A stretch of 64,000 nucleotides of DNA from Callorhinchus milii. Its lineage: Eukaryota. Positions 10,781 to 22,974 of this stretch are shown here, in pieces; position 1 is the stretch's first letter, and every line of letters starts with the position of its first letter. The notes under the pieces are model-generated. The model was not told where the DNA came from, ran no database searches, and saw nothing but the letters and a program-made list of their open reading frames with translations. The stretch is from contig NW_024704743.1 in NCBI RefSeq assembly GCF_018977255.1, positions 7,132,001 to 7,196,000 on the forward strand. The letters are read 5' to 3'. Position numbers and translations under genes: made by a program.

Positions 10781-12769
10781 AAAACACCCCAATTTCTCGT
10801 CTGTTTCAGATCAGCATCGACAGGGACTCAAGCCTGCAACCTGTCTGCCTGTATAATTTGAGTGCTGCATCGGACAGTTCAGTTATCGTTTAAATCTTTG
10901 GGGCCCTCACAGGTAGGTTTCAAGTGAAGAAAATCTCTTTTTTTTAAAAAAAGTAGGGTGAAAATTGAGACACTGCGATAATTAAATCTGTTATGAAATT
11001 TCACATTTTTCACCGACCCCAGAATGCGACTGAAATATTCAATTCAACTTGTTTTGCAAAGAAAATAGAAAATTGCTTCCCCCCACTCCACCCCCAACTC
11101 ATTGTACACGACAATCAAATGTGAAACAGTTAAGCAAAGCATTTTTTACACTGAAAATTACTTTTACGCCAAAAAATATTTTTCTGTAGACTGAAAGCTG
11201 TTTTAAGTATCGCTTTTAAAAGATGTCCTGAGATAAACGTTTCAAAATACAGATTTATGTTTACGCAGTGAGTACGGTGACAGCAGAATTATAACCATCT
11301 GTAAGTAATCTACAAGAAATATACATCCATTAAACTCTTTAATAAGTATAACAAAATGAGGCAGAAAGCAAGGGTAGGCTTTACATGTATGACTGTTCGA
11401 CATTTGTTAGAAGATTGGAAATTCCGAATAAGCATATGTTACCATCCCATTGTTTTGTCACCTTGTTAGCAGTGATGCATGACATATTCTGCGTGCTCTC
11501 CCACAAACAGTCCTCAGCAGTGGGTGCCGAGCTGTCACTTACACTGGCCTGGTTTTAATCTCGAAACTCAAACGAAATGTTGTGTACAAGAAAACAGAAG
11601 CAGATGCCAGGGCAGCAGTTGATTGAGTTCATTCAATACCAGCAGCTGCTTTATAAAGAAACAGTTTCACAAAAGAGCCTGGAACTGGTGGCCAGACAGC
11701 ATTCCCTTTCACGTAAATCTGATAGTGAAATGATAAAGGCTTGCTTTAAAGTGCAGGACAACCCCATTCATGCACACACTCCCTCTTTCTGTAAGATTGC
11801 TTTTCGTCCTCCAAATAAGATGCTTGAACTGAAGGACAGTGGACTAATTCGATTAAAGTTTGCAGTTGCTGTGCATTCCTTTTTTCCCCCCAAAGCACCA
11901 GTGACACAGGCACTCAAGCACTCATGACTGAAGGGTCTTGATACAGCAAAACTTCTCTGGGCCTGTCTGGGTCTCTTTTGTAACCTAATTCCTAAGATAA
12001 GGATCTGAAGTTGAGAATGTAGAGCTTGTTATCGTTGTTGTTTTAAGTTTAGCCTTTTGCTGCTGGATTATGGAAATATTGTAGGGTCGGTCTGTTGAAT
12101 CGTTTTAAGAGTTCGCAAACGCTGTTTTGAATTTTGCACCTCTTGGCACTACATGCCAGGTATTTGTTTCATTGCCTCACAGAGGTGTTAAACACTGCTA
12201 TATTCAGACTGGCCCTCACAAGCACTCTCTAATCGTGGTCTGGGACCTCTTTGTGACATGCTGTGATACACAATGACATGTACCTTTCTGTTTTTAATTA
12301 GACACATGTGGATACCCATCACCATGCTTAAGAGTATGCAAACCAGTCTGAAATATCCCTGTGTCTTGAATGGAACGTACCCTGTCTCCCTGGATGGACA
12401 CACCCCGCTTACCTAATTCCGGAGAGCTTCATGGGAGAGGTATGGCACCTATATATGGTATATCCTCATCTCATTACAGAATACAAACCTTACAGGCTTC
12501 CCATGACAGCATTGAGTTTTTCCTTAAATGTGTCCAGTGTCCTGGCCTCAACCGTTCTTCCTACTTGTGACTGGTTCTAGTTTCTGTGTAAGGGAATACT
12601 TCTTGGCTCTTGTACATCACAACACTATTCTTTAAAATTAAATGCTCAGTTCGTCAATGGCTCACTGGGAAGTTCATTGCTGAGTGATGAATTGATCCAG
12701 AGAGAAAAGGAAGGGTCTGGTTTCTCCTGCTTGGCTCCTGTCAGTGCCTTCTCACCTCAGCTGCTGACA

Positions 12770-13526
12770 ACATCAATCTACATGGATGCACACTCCACCT
12801 CATGGGGTCAGTGTGGAACCTTGGTGTCTTATTCGACTCTCAACTGTCCTTTAAAGTTCACAACCATGCTTTGTTCACACCTGTTCAGCTTTGCCCCACC
12901 TGCACAACATTGCCTGCCTCCACCATGACCTCTCCCTTTGGCACATCGAGACTTTTACCCATGCTTTTATCCTGACCAGGGTTGACTACATCAAATCTTT
13001 GCTCACCAGACTTCCCAACTCTTCCCTCCACAAAGTTCAGAACACTGCAGCTCATGTCCTCTCCCGCACTAAGCTCCACGAGCTATCAGCCCCATCTTTG
13101 TCTGACTTCACTGGTTCCCCAACTCCAAGAGCCTTGTCCTCACTTTTAAATCCCTCCACTGTTGCCTCACTCTACCTCCATGACCTTCTAAAACCCTACC
13201 AACCCACCCACTCCTTCCGTTCGGCAGGCAATGGCATGCTTCACATACCCAGCCCCGCCTTCCCCACCATCGGTGGTCGGGCATTCAGCCTTTCAGCTGC
13301 TATTATCTGGAACTCCATTGTGGAGTCCCTTCACTTTGCCCCTTTCCTTGCCTTCTTCAAGGTCCATCCCATCTTTGACAGCATTTTTGGTCATCATCCC
13401 AGCCCCATTCCCCTTGGCCACATTGCTCCCAAATCCAACTCTCAGCTCAGGTGTAAACCCTCAACCGTCCAGTGCCTTGGGCATCCTCCTGATGTGAAAG
13501 ACGCTATAATAAAGGTAATTTGTTGA
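12770..13526 (+). mobile_element. L2 LINE 3' ~750 bp, degraded ORF2
   Basis: ORF 12891-13526: LHNIA, HAFILTRVDY, LHKVQNTAA, GGRAFS..WNSI; L2 tail stem-loop. Confidence 0.9.
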
Positions 13527-14379
13527 GGACAGAATTGAGATTGACTATAATGTCCTTCCCTATAAATTCAGAATTGTAACCTCAGGACTCAGGATTGAGA
13601 AATAACCTTGGGCAAAGCAGCAGGAGGTGAAGGATTCGCATAGAACTCAGCAGAAGTGCCCAGCACAAGGCTTCGGGAAAGCAAGGGAAGAATTATACCT
13701 AATGCAACAGGGAAAATTGAGACAGGCAATTTCTGTAAGCTGTGCCTCACAGAGAGGGCTACCAGAGACACGGGAAGCTTTCAACATTAGCAAACTGGAA
13801 ATATTGAATATTTAGTGCAAATATTCGGTGTGTAATGACTTCGGAAAAACAGAAGGAAGGTGCATGCAAATACCGCCTTTTGACGTATCTCTCTGTGGTT
13901 TACTCTCTGACAGAAGGTTCATTGACTGAGAAAATAAATTGTGATTATTGTTTGCTGAGCATAATACAGATTACAGCTACAAAATGGTTTGACTCCTTCC
14001 TGGTTGTTAAGAGAACATATTCAAAGCGAGGTATGAAAAATGCTCAGTCAACAATTAGTCAGTACTTTATTTATATCCTTTGTGCTTCCTTTGTGCTGTG
14101 CACAAAGACTATTTAAAATGCTCACTAAAATCAACATAGTACGCTAACCCCTTTCAAACCTCTCTAACCTTCTCAGAAACATCCTTTTATGGATTTTGAC
14201 CCAATTACATACCTAATTATATGTTATTTGGTGGCTGCTGCTCAAGTATTTCGCCACGGTAAAGCTAAAGATTAACAGGACCTCCACACCGCATCATTGT
14301 GTGGATATTAACACTTACCCTGCTGATTTGATTGTAACTTTCCGGTTATCATAAAAAATCCTGGAATTTTACACTCTGT

Positions 14380-14870
14380 CTTGTTTGGTTGCAATCTTAC
14401 CTCTGAGTCAGAAGGTTGTAGGTTGAAGCCCCACACCAGGCCAACCTTTTGGCTGCTGGGGGGCTGAATTTTGGATTTGAGAAATGTCTGCGGGCCACAT
14501 AAGCAATATTTTATCCCGAATGGCCATTCCCATTGCTGGGTAACCCTGACCCTAACCCTCTCTTTGGGTAGAGCCTGAGTCCTCAGTGACCATCTTCTGA
14601 TGGGCTCGGGGCCTACTTGTCAGCTGTATTTGCTCGTCAGACAATGAAGTCGGAAATTGTTCGTGGGCTGGATGACGGGAGTTTCTCCGGTGTCCTGGTC
14701 AACAATTCTCCAAATAAAATTGGTCATTCACTTCATAGCTGTTGGTGTGATATTGCTGTGCGCAATTGACTGCCGCTTTCACCTACAAAAAAAATGATCA
14801 CACATTTTACCGTATATCATGTGAACCACTTTTAGACATCCTCCAGACATGAAAAACGTTATAAAATTTT
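14380..14870 (+). mobile_element. DeuSINE-like SINE with unrelated internal insert (~14440-14670)
   Basis: Head ctctgagtcagaaggttgtagg; resumes at gggagtttctccggtgtcctgg. Confidence 0.65.
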
Positions 14871-15274
14871 AGGATTTTTTTTCTTTCTTTGATTACCATC
14901 TCATCGACCATGCTGATGGCTGTTACCCCCTTCTCCTGTCCTCCGCTCCCTTGCTCAGTGTCTGACCCTATGTTTGTACAGCACTCTGAGATATTAGTCT
15001 ATGTGTGAAAGGCACTATATAAATACAAGTTGTTTTTGCCACATTGTCCTTATTAAGGAATCCTATTAAAAAGTAGCTCAAGAGACCTCTATGTTACTGT
15101 GACTCAATACCACACCATGCAATGTAATGTATTATCAGGTTGTGGTCAATTTCATTTTACGCATTTAACCTGTCCGCAAGATTAAATTGATATAGGATTT
15201 CATTTCTGCCCACTTTCTCATGTAATTGACTGGAGTTTATTTAATCATCTTTTTGCAACATATCAGCAGGTATG

Positions 15275-15605
15275 GGGTGAGTGCTGCATTGTTGGAGGTG
15301 CCTTCCTTTGGATGAGATGTTACTTCAAGATCCTGTTTGCCTGTTCAAGTGGACTTTGAAGATCCCACAGCACTATTTGAAAAGTGAAGGGAGTTTCTCC
15401 TAGGGTCCCAGCCAACATTGCCCCAAAATAAAATTGGTCATTCACTTTGTGGGCTGTTTACAGGACATTGCTTTGTGCAAAAGTGGCTGCTGTGTTTATC
15501 CACAAAACACACAGTCACTCCACTTTATCGTAAATCATGTGAAGCACTTTAGGACGTTCTCCTGACATGAAAGGCACTATCCGAAATGCAAGGATTATTA
15601 TTACA
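15275..15605 (+). mobile_element. DeuSINE-like SINE
   Basis: gtgctgcattgttggaggtgcc..gatgagatgtta..gatcccacagcactattt..(ATT)n. Confidence 0.8.
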
Positions 15606-15807
15606 TAAATGTAAATATGTACCAACAATAATAATAGTATTGTATTACATCTCTTTTTGTTGGCAATGAATGACGTTTTTGTACACGTTTGTTTGTAAAA
15701 TATGGCCATTGAAATATTGAGGTGCAATTTGTGGCGTTGTGTTTGAATAGTTATCCCAAGGAACACGTTATGAAATACAATACAATTTAACATTACTTTT
15801 TTAAAAC

Positions 15808-16082
15808 ACCTTTCACGTCGGGACGAAGTCCCAAGCTGCTGAACAGTCAGGGATTAGAACACGAGCGGGCGGTGGGGGGTGTGGGTGGGGATTGGGGCTA
15901 GGGTTAGGGATGGTGGTTGGGAGGGCAGAGGGGAGCAGGGTGGCTGAAGGCACGGTCAAAGAGGTGGGTCTTGAGGTGTGCTTTGAAGGATGCAAGGGAG
16001 GGAGCGAGGCAAAGGGAATGTGGGATGGTGTTCCAGAGGGTGGGGGCAGAGAGGCTGAAGGCCCGACCGCTGATAGCCCGAC
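15808..16082 (-). mobile_element. L2 3' end
   Basis: Antisense to GRAFSLSAPTLWNTIP; cctttcacgtcggg tail. Confidence 0.85.
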
Positions 16083-16849
16083 TTCCTCTTCTTCAATTGC
16101 CTGCCCTCACCTGTCAATCAGCTCTGTCTCTGCTCTGAACTGTGAGAATGCGAGTGTCACAGAGAACATCTTGGATTGTGATCTGACAATCTCTGCTCTT
16201 TGCTGGCATGGGAACAGATTTTAGAGCTGCAGAAACCTACAGCACGTTAGGAGGTGATTCAACCCATCGTAAATTAGTAAAGAAGCTGAGGAAATTAACT
16301 TGTTCAGTTGCTTCCTTGTTATGCTACACTGAAGCACTCTTATTCAGCTCCAAAACAGTTTGACAGAGGTTAATCTTTTGGACTCCAATATTTTTTACCC
16401 ACTTAAGTGCTGTTTAACGTAACTCACTCACTTGATGCACAGGTGCATAAGGAGAAATGAGAACTAGTTGATCCAGTCCCACCCACAGTGTGGTGTACAG
16501 ACCACTGAAATGTGCAACAGACTAAGCTGTGTCAATGTCCCGGCTGAAGTAAGGAGTGGAATTCAGCAGTGGGTAACAGCATGGAGGGTGGGAAGCACAA
16601 ACAATCCCATGTCAAAGCTAAGGTAATCCTGCCCAGAGTATGCACATAGGTACATCTCAGAAAGCAGTTCACCCAATGGTTTCTAGGTAGTATTAACCAG
16701 TAGGTTGCTGAGCTATGTAGTCTACGTTCAACTAGTTTTTGTTTCCCCCTCGTCTCTTGCTACTCGTGCGTGTCAGCTTGGCTAAGTAAAATTGATCATT
16801 TGTTTATTTTGTGGTTGTTTGTGAGATATTGCTGTGCACAATACTAAAA

Positions 16850-17075
16850 ACACAACAACAACAACTTGCATTTATATAGTGCCCCTCACACAGGGTAGTA
16901 TCTCAGAGCGTTTAACAGTGGTGAAACTTGATGCTGAGCTGGGGAGAGAGGGTTAGTGAGTATAGGCAAAGTCAAAGAGGAAGGTCTTCAAGTGCAATCT
17001 GAAGACTGGCAAGGAGGGTGCAAGGCGAAGGGGTTGAGGCAGGGCGTTCCAGAGTTTCGGGGCATAGTGACTGAA
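16850..17075 (-). mobile_element. L2 3' end nested in a SINE (SINE ~16790-17150)
   Basis: (CAA)n cttgcatttatatagtgccc; SINE body before and SINE tail after. Confidence 0.75.
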
Positions 17076-17334
17076 ACACAATCACTGCACTTTACATTAA
17101 AAGTCCTCCCATCGTGAGAGGCGCTATACTATATGCAAGGATTATTATTTATAATTCACCTTCAGAAAACACAACAAAAACAAATTGCATTTGTAGAGCT
17201 CCTTTCACTCCAGGAAGATGCCCCAAGGCTCTGAAAGGAAAACCTTCTACCAGCATGGGACACAGAATCTCAAGCCAGGCCTGACACCTATCTTTTCTTC
17301 TGAAAGATTTGTTTTGTTTAGTAATGAATATAAT

Positions 17335-17510
17335 CAATAATAATAATAATCCTTGCATTTGATATTGCGCAACATCATGTCTTTGAGACGTCTCAAAGCG
17401 CTTCACTGAATATCAAGTGAATTGACTCTATATTTTGTGAGCAAAACGCGGCAGCTAATTGCGCACAGCAGTGTCCACAAACAGTCATGGATTTAGTGAC
17501 CAAATTACTG
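17335..17510 (-). mobile_element. SINE 3' half
   Basis: (AAT)n ccttgcatttgatat..aattgcgcacagcagtgtccacaaacag. Confidence 0.85.
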
Positions 17511-17559
17511 AAGAAAGTTACTGAAAAAAAGAGTTTATGTTTCACAAGCTGTAATCGTA

Positions 17560-18374
17560 ACCTCTCAAAGCCAGTCAGGAACCTCGGCGTTTTGTTCGAC
17601 CCTGAGCTGTCCTTTCTCCCTCACATCCGCACCACAACTGGCACCGCCTTCCATCACCTCCGGAACATCGCCAGACTACGCCATTACCTCACCCCTCACG
17701 CTGCTGAAACCCTGGTCCACGCCTTTGTCACCTCAAGGCTGGACTATGGGAACTCTCTCCTCGTCGGCCTTCCCGCCACCTCCCTCCACAAGCTGCAGGT
17801 CATTCAGAACTCTGCAGCTCGTGTACTGTCCCGCACCAGGCTTCGGGACCACATCACTCCCACCCTCGCTCGCCTCCACTGGCTCCCCATCCCCCAGAGG
17901 ATTGATTTCAAGATCCTCATCCTCACCTACAAGGCCATTCACGGCCTTGCTCCCTCCTACCTCTCCGACCTACTATCCCCCTACCTACCTGCCCGTACCC
18001 TCCGTTCCTCTGGCTCCGGTCTGCTCCACGTCCCCCGCCCCAATCGCCCTACCATCGCTGGTCGGGCCTTCAGCCTCTCAGCCCCCAGGCTCTGGAACTC
18101 CATCCCCCAGTGCCTTCGCCTTGCTTCCTCCCTCTCCTCCTTCAAGGCCGGTCTCAAAACCTTTCTCTTTGACCGAGCCTTCAGCTCCCCTCTCGACTCT
18201 TCCCCCTTCTCGCTCCCTCCCATCCCTCCCCTCACCCTGACCATTTCCCCCCTCCTCGCTCCCTCCCCTCACCCTGACCATTTCCCCCCTGCTCGGGTCA
18301 TGACCCAACTGTGCAGCGCCTTGGGACGTCCTCCTGACGTGAAAGGCGCTTTATAAATGGAATCTTGTTGTTGT
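17560..18374 (+). mobile_element. Young 5'-truncated L2 LINE (ORF2 C-terminus uninterrupted)
   Basis: VRNLGVLFD, LRNIARLR, HAFVTSRLDYGNSLL, LHWLPI..RIDFKIL, GRAFS..APRLWNS, FKAGLKTFLF; 3' stem-loop and (TTG)n. Confidence 0.95.
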
Positions 18375-18649
18375 ATTTGACTTTATCAAATATCTGCTGC
18401 CAGTTACAGGTCAGGATGTGAGCTGTCCATTTTGCTCATAAACACAGAAGGAACAATCACTTTCTCTGCATAGGAGGCTTTTTCTTCTTGGCTTAGTTTC
18501 ATGAGACAACAACATGGCTAGGCTTTCAGAAGCCAAACCATAACAAAGTTTCAAACTTTTTTTTCATAAAGTGTATTTATTTTGACACCTCATAGAATGT
18601 GTTACAAGAAAGGGGGTTGTGTCATGACAAGATTACTACACGATAAGAG

Positions 18650-18845
18650 AAGGGAATTTCTCCCCTGTGTCCTGACCGACAATTCCCGAGATAAAACGAT
18701 TCATTCAACTCATGTCTGTTCATGAGGACATTGCTGTGTGCAAATTGGATGCCGAGTTTCCCAACAAAATACAGACATCCCACCATACAGAAAATCCTGT
18801 GAAGCACATTGAGACATCCTCCTGATGTGAAAAGTGCTATAGCTA
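18650..18845 (+). mobile_element. SINE 3' portion
   Basis: tgtgtcctgaccgacaattcc..acattgctgtgtgcaaattgg..gatgtgaaaagtgctat. Confidence 0.75.
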
Positions 18846-20694
18846 ATTTTTTAAAATATATATCCATTATCATTACAGTACTTTTGTTATATCAAAGTGC
18901 AACAATTATTTATTTATTTATTTAACACATAACACCATTTTGTCGCTGTGAACAAGTTTCAAAAAACATCGGTGTTAAACATAAAGTGCATCCAGCACAG
19001 TGAATGCGCTTTGGGACATCCTCCCGACGTGAAAGATGCTATATGAATTTACAGGTATTGATAATATAATACTAATCTATTCATGCTTAATGTGGGATAT
19101 TATATTGTTAAACCTTGTTGCTTGTTTGCTTTTGGAAGCTTCGGCAGTATTAAGAGCCTGTGGTTGTTATGCATGGATGGTTTAGTAACTGGATGGTTTA
19201 GTAACTGCATGGTTTTGCAAAGCGAGGCCACGATCAGCTAAATTCCCTAATAAGGAAAGTAAACGGCAGGCACTGACACAGTACTGTTGTACACAATACT
19301 GCCTTCGGGCACATCCAGTGGCCGGCACCACACACATCTGATCCACTGTATGTGTGTGCTCTCCAACAGATTGCACAAGACAGTAAACTGTTTGTCGACT
19401 GATATGAAATCTGATTACTTTTGTGAATGGGGTGTATCATAATGGTAATTTTTCTCTGAGTTAATTGCGTAAACAAAGCAAGGGAACAATGCGTGCTCTC
19501 TGTTCTATTTCTGATAGAAGGGCTTATGTTACTTCCAGGATGAATGTTGTGCAGGAATACGAGATCAATAGTTCTCTGTGGAGATTAAGATTGAAACGAA
19601 AGACCGTCTGATCTGAAAAATATTAGTCTGTGATTAAAAGAGAAGCAAAAGCCGGTGTTATTTGACTTGCTCTGATTTCTGCCACTGGCCAGAGATCTGT
19701 CTTTGCCCAACATTTGATAGCTTTCCACCGATGCCCTTGTGTCTGCTGGTGAATCCTGATGACACGACACTGCAGACTGAATTAGGCAAACAAACCGCAT
19801 AACAAAGTTTGGCAGGTAGTTAGCAGAGTTATTTGATAGCTACCAAGGCTGCCCTGCGCTATCTCTCACGTCCCCCAGGACGTGTCGCTCTCCCCTTAAT
19901 GGGCTTTCCGTTTGCTGCTAGCAAGAGTGTGATGTTGTTCCCACTGCCTAAAAGGTTTCTAAAGAAAGAATGGAGGAAAGAAAGGAAGGAAGACGGTAAA
20001 AAGGGTATATTTAAATGAGTGCATTTTTTAAAATAGGAAATGCTCTGCTCCTGCATATGTTGGGTGATTCAAAGTCACAGGACAACTGTAAAACAAAGAC
20101 ACTGATAAAAAATCAAAGAGATATATAGCTTGGTAATCTCTGTATACAAATACCTCGCCCAAGGAAACCACAAAGACTTCTCTATTTCTGTGGCTTTTGA
20201 TCGCTTTTTACTCCGCAGCCTCAACAATTAAACTTCTGAGTACTGTGAGAGAGAGGGATTCCAAGCATTATCTATTTTGCTGCCGTTTCCTGCTTATTCT
20301 CACTCGTCGCTAAAGCCCCAGGTCGTTTCAATGGATCTCCATTCACTTTTCATCTGGCAACATCACACGTGATTGCTAATTCTGGCTCTCGCCACTTCAC
20401 CATCCAAGACCTTCACAAGTGTCAAACCCGACTCTGAACCCACTGCACACATGAAAGATTCAGATGAAGAGGGATCCCACCCTTACTGAAGACCAAAACC
20501 TACCATCTTCCCATTATACTTTATTCACTGAGGACTTCAATTTACTTAAATTGCCAGATACTTTACTTTACCTGGGGATATTGGCAAACTATTCCCAGGT
20601 GCAGATATAAAAACAACATCACTGTACAAAGGAACACAAGAACAGGCAGTGCAATTGAGACTGTTCCGTCTGCTTAATATAATCAAATCTGTGT

Positions 20695-20980
20695 CTTGAT
20701 TTTGATACGGCGCCTTTCAGGTCAGGAGGACGTCTCAAATCATGTCACAGGATTTACTTTAAAGTGTAGTGACTGTGCATTTAGTAAACCAAACACAGTG
20801 GCTAATTTGTACGCATCTATGTCCTACAAAGAGCCATGAAGCGAATAACAAATTTTATCTGTGGGATTCTTGGCCAGGACACCGGGAGAAACTTTTTGAA
20901 GAGTGCCTTGGAACAAGCAGACCATGATTTCAGTTTATCATCCCATCCAAGTAATGGTACCTCCAACAACACAGCACAGC
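20695..20980 (-). mobile_element. DeuSINE-like SINE
   Basis: ttggccaggacaccgggagaaac antisense Deu motif; tail tttgatacggcgcctttc. Confidence 0.75.
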
Positions 20981-21106
20981 AAGTTTATAAATCAGAATCT
21001 TTTATAATGTATACACTTGTATATATTATTTTCTTTATATATTGGTGTAAAAATTGGGGCGGTTTAAAACATTCCTTAAATAAGTTTAGGAATGATTTGT
21101 TAACTA

Positions 21107-21119
21107 CCAGCAGGTGGCA
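21107..21119 (+). promoter_or_regulatory. CTCF core-like motif CCAGCAGGTGGCA
   Basis: Matches CCASYAGRKGGCR in non-repeat sequence; motif match only. Confidence 0.35.
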
Positions 21120-21614
21120 ACACATGTCTCCCAAGGAGAAATGATTTGCCCCTCTCCAGGTCTCCAAGACCCTTTTAATTGATCCTGAGGCATCACCACC
21201 ACCCCAACAACAACAACTTGCATTTATATAATGCCTTTCACGCGGGCAGAGGCAGAGGGTTGTGGAGTGGGGGGTAAGAAAATCGGAGCGGTAGGGAGAT
21301 ATGAGGGCTTAAACGGACAAGGCCTCGGGATCTAGATCAGTTCGCAGTTTTGGTTTTGTTTAATATTTCTTTCCCAGTGCAGATCTGCTGAGGAAAGCAA
21401 AAATCTACATTTTCTACCGCCAGAAAATCCTGCAATCACTGAAAGTTAAGTTTATTAGGAACACTTAGGAACTATTGCATCATTTTTAACCTCCCTTCTG
21501 TTTTACCGCTCAGTAAAATTGGGTCAGAATGGGAATCAGTGGTTTTGTAATATTTTGAAAAACACAACACGTGGCACTTGTAAGCTGGCTCATTCCAACA
21601 TCTACTGGTTTCTG

Positions 21615-21820
21615 AGAAGCTCAGTGATGAGCGAGGTTGTTAGGATGTGGAATGTCCTCCTGGTGCAGGGATCAAGGTATGATCCTTATTAGCTTTCAAG
21701 AGCGAACTGTATGGATATTTAAAGGATTAATTTCCAGGGGTATGGGGGTAGGGTAGATAATTGGGACTGAATGGATTTTTCTTTCAATGAGCCACCACAG
21801 ACATACTGTAAATTTCTATG
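21615..21820 (+). mobile_element. CR1 3' end fragment
   Basis: gttgttaggatgtggaatg..ttcaagagcgaactg.atggata..gggtatggggg.. Confidence 0.6.
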
Positions 21821-21874
21821 GGCCCACGGATATAGATATTGGCGTTGACGGTGCTTTATTCACATTTATCACAC

Positions 21875-22212
21875 AATGCTGAGGGGTTGTTGCACTGTCA
21901 GAGGTGCCATGCTTTGGATGAGATGTTAAACCGAGGTCCCATCTGTCGGTTCAGGTGGACGTTAAAGATCCCATGGCACTATTCAAAAAAGGGAAGAGAG
22001 TTTCTCCCGGTGTCCTGGCCAACAATCTCCCAAAATAAAATCAGTTACTCACTCCATTACTGTTTGTAGGACATTGTAATGTGCGACTGGCTGCTGCATT
22101 TCGCCCACTTAATATACAGTTACAGTATATCCTCTGAGCACTTTGAGATGTCTCAATGACTTGATAAGGTGCTATATCAAATGCAAGGATTATTATTTTT
22201 TATTATTATTAT
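21875..22212 (+). mobile_element. DeuSINE/SacSINE1-like SINE (well preserved core)
   Basis: gatgagatgttaaaccgaggtccc..ggtggacgttaaagatcccatggcactatt..ggtgtcctggccaa..(ATT)n. Confidence 0.9.
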
Positions 22213-22609
22213 TTGGGCTAATTGTGACATCTGGGTATTTTCTGAATGTGAATTGCCAGCCTTTTGTATAGCCAGCGAAGTTTAGTAATGCAAAGTGTAC
22301 TAGCTGGCCTCTGTTTTCAGTTCTATCTCTGTAAGTGCAAATCCCTACTCTTGTTGAACTTCACTACTTAGAGCAACACAATGACAGACTATTTATTCTC
22401 AATTGGCTTACTGCCCATGCAATTGAGATGCTTTCCCCAGTGCCTTATCGCACTACCAGGCCACTGAGTCCAGCAACTGTTATGTGTATTTCCCTCCCTC
22501 AACTGAGAACACAACTGAGAAGATACAACAGAGTTTTATTAGCCCTACACAATCCTATGTCTACTTACTCTAAATAGAGTAATTTAATTTGTGTCATTTG
22601 TGATGTTTC

Positions 22610-22880
22610 TTAATCCATTCCTGATTGGTACAACATGAGGGGGGAAGAGTTGACCATGTCTTAGAGGCAATGCGGAGGAGTGCACAGAGAGTGATCCCCA
22701 TTTTTAGAGGAAGGAGCAAAGAGCAACAATGAAATAAGCTGGGCTCTTGTACCTTGAAAAGAGATTTCTCAGCGGGGACCTGACAGAGGTACATAAGATT
22801 TTAAATGGAATTGAGAGAATAAACCCAGAACAATATTTTGAGATACGCTCAGTAGCAGAGCAAGAGGGCACGGCTGTTCA
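22610..22880 (+). mobile_element. CR1 ORF2 C-terminal remnant
   Basis: Translates (with stop/frameshift) LEAMRRSAQRVIP..GDLTEVHKILNGIERINPEQYF..RGH. Confidence 0.7.
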
Positions 22881-22974
22881 ATCTGAGGCTGGGCTGGTCA
22901 GGTAGGTTCCCCTTACTGCAGAATGAACCATGGTGCAGTTTTATAACAGTATCAACGACTTGCATCTATATCGC

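Noticed and set aside
11577..11927. 116-aa ORF in unique sequence
   Set aside because: No recognisable domain or splice context
17725..18308. Overlapping alternative-frame and antisense ORFs over L2 copies (also ~23.9-24.4, 26.1-26.9 and 54.3-54.8 kb)
   Set aside because: Shadow ORFs of C-rich L2 sequence
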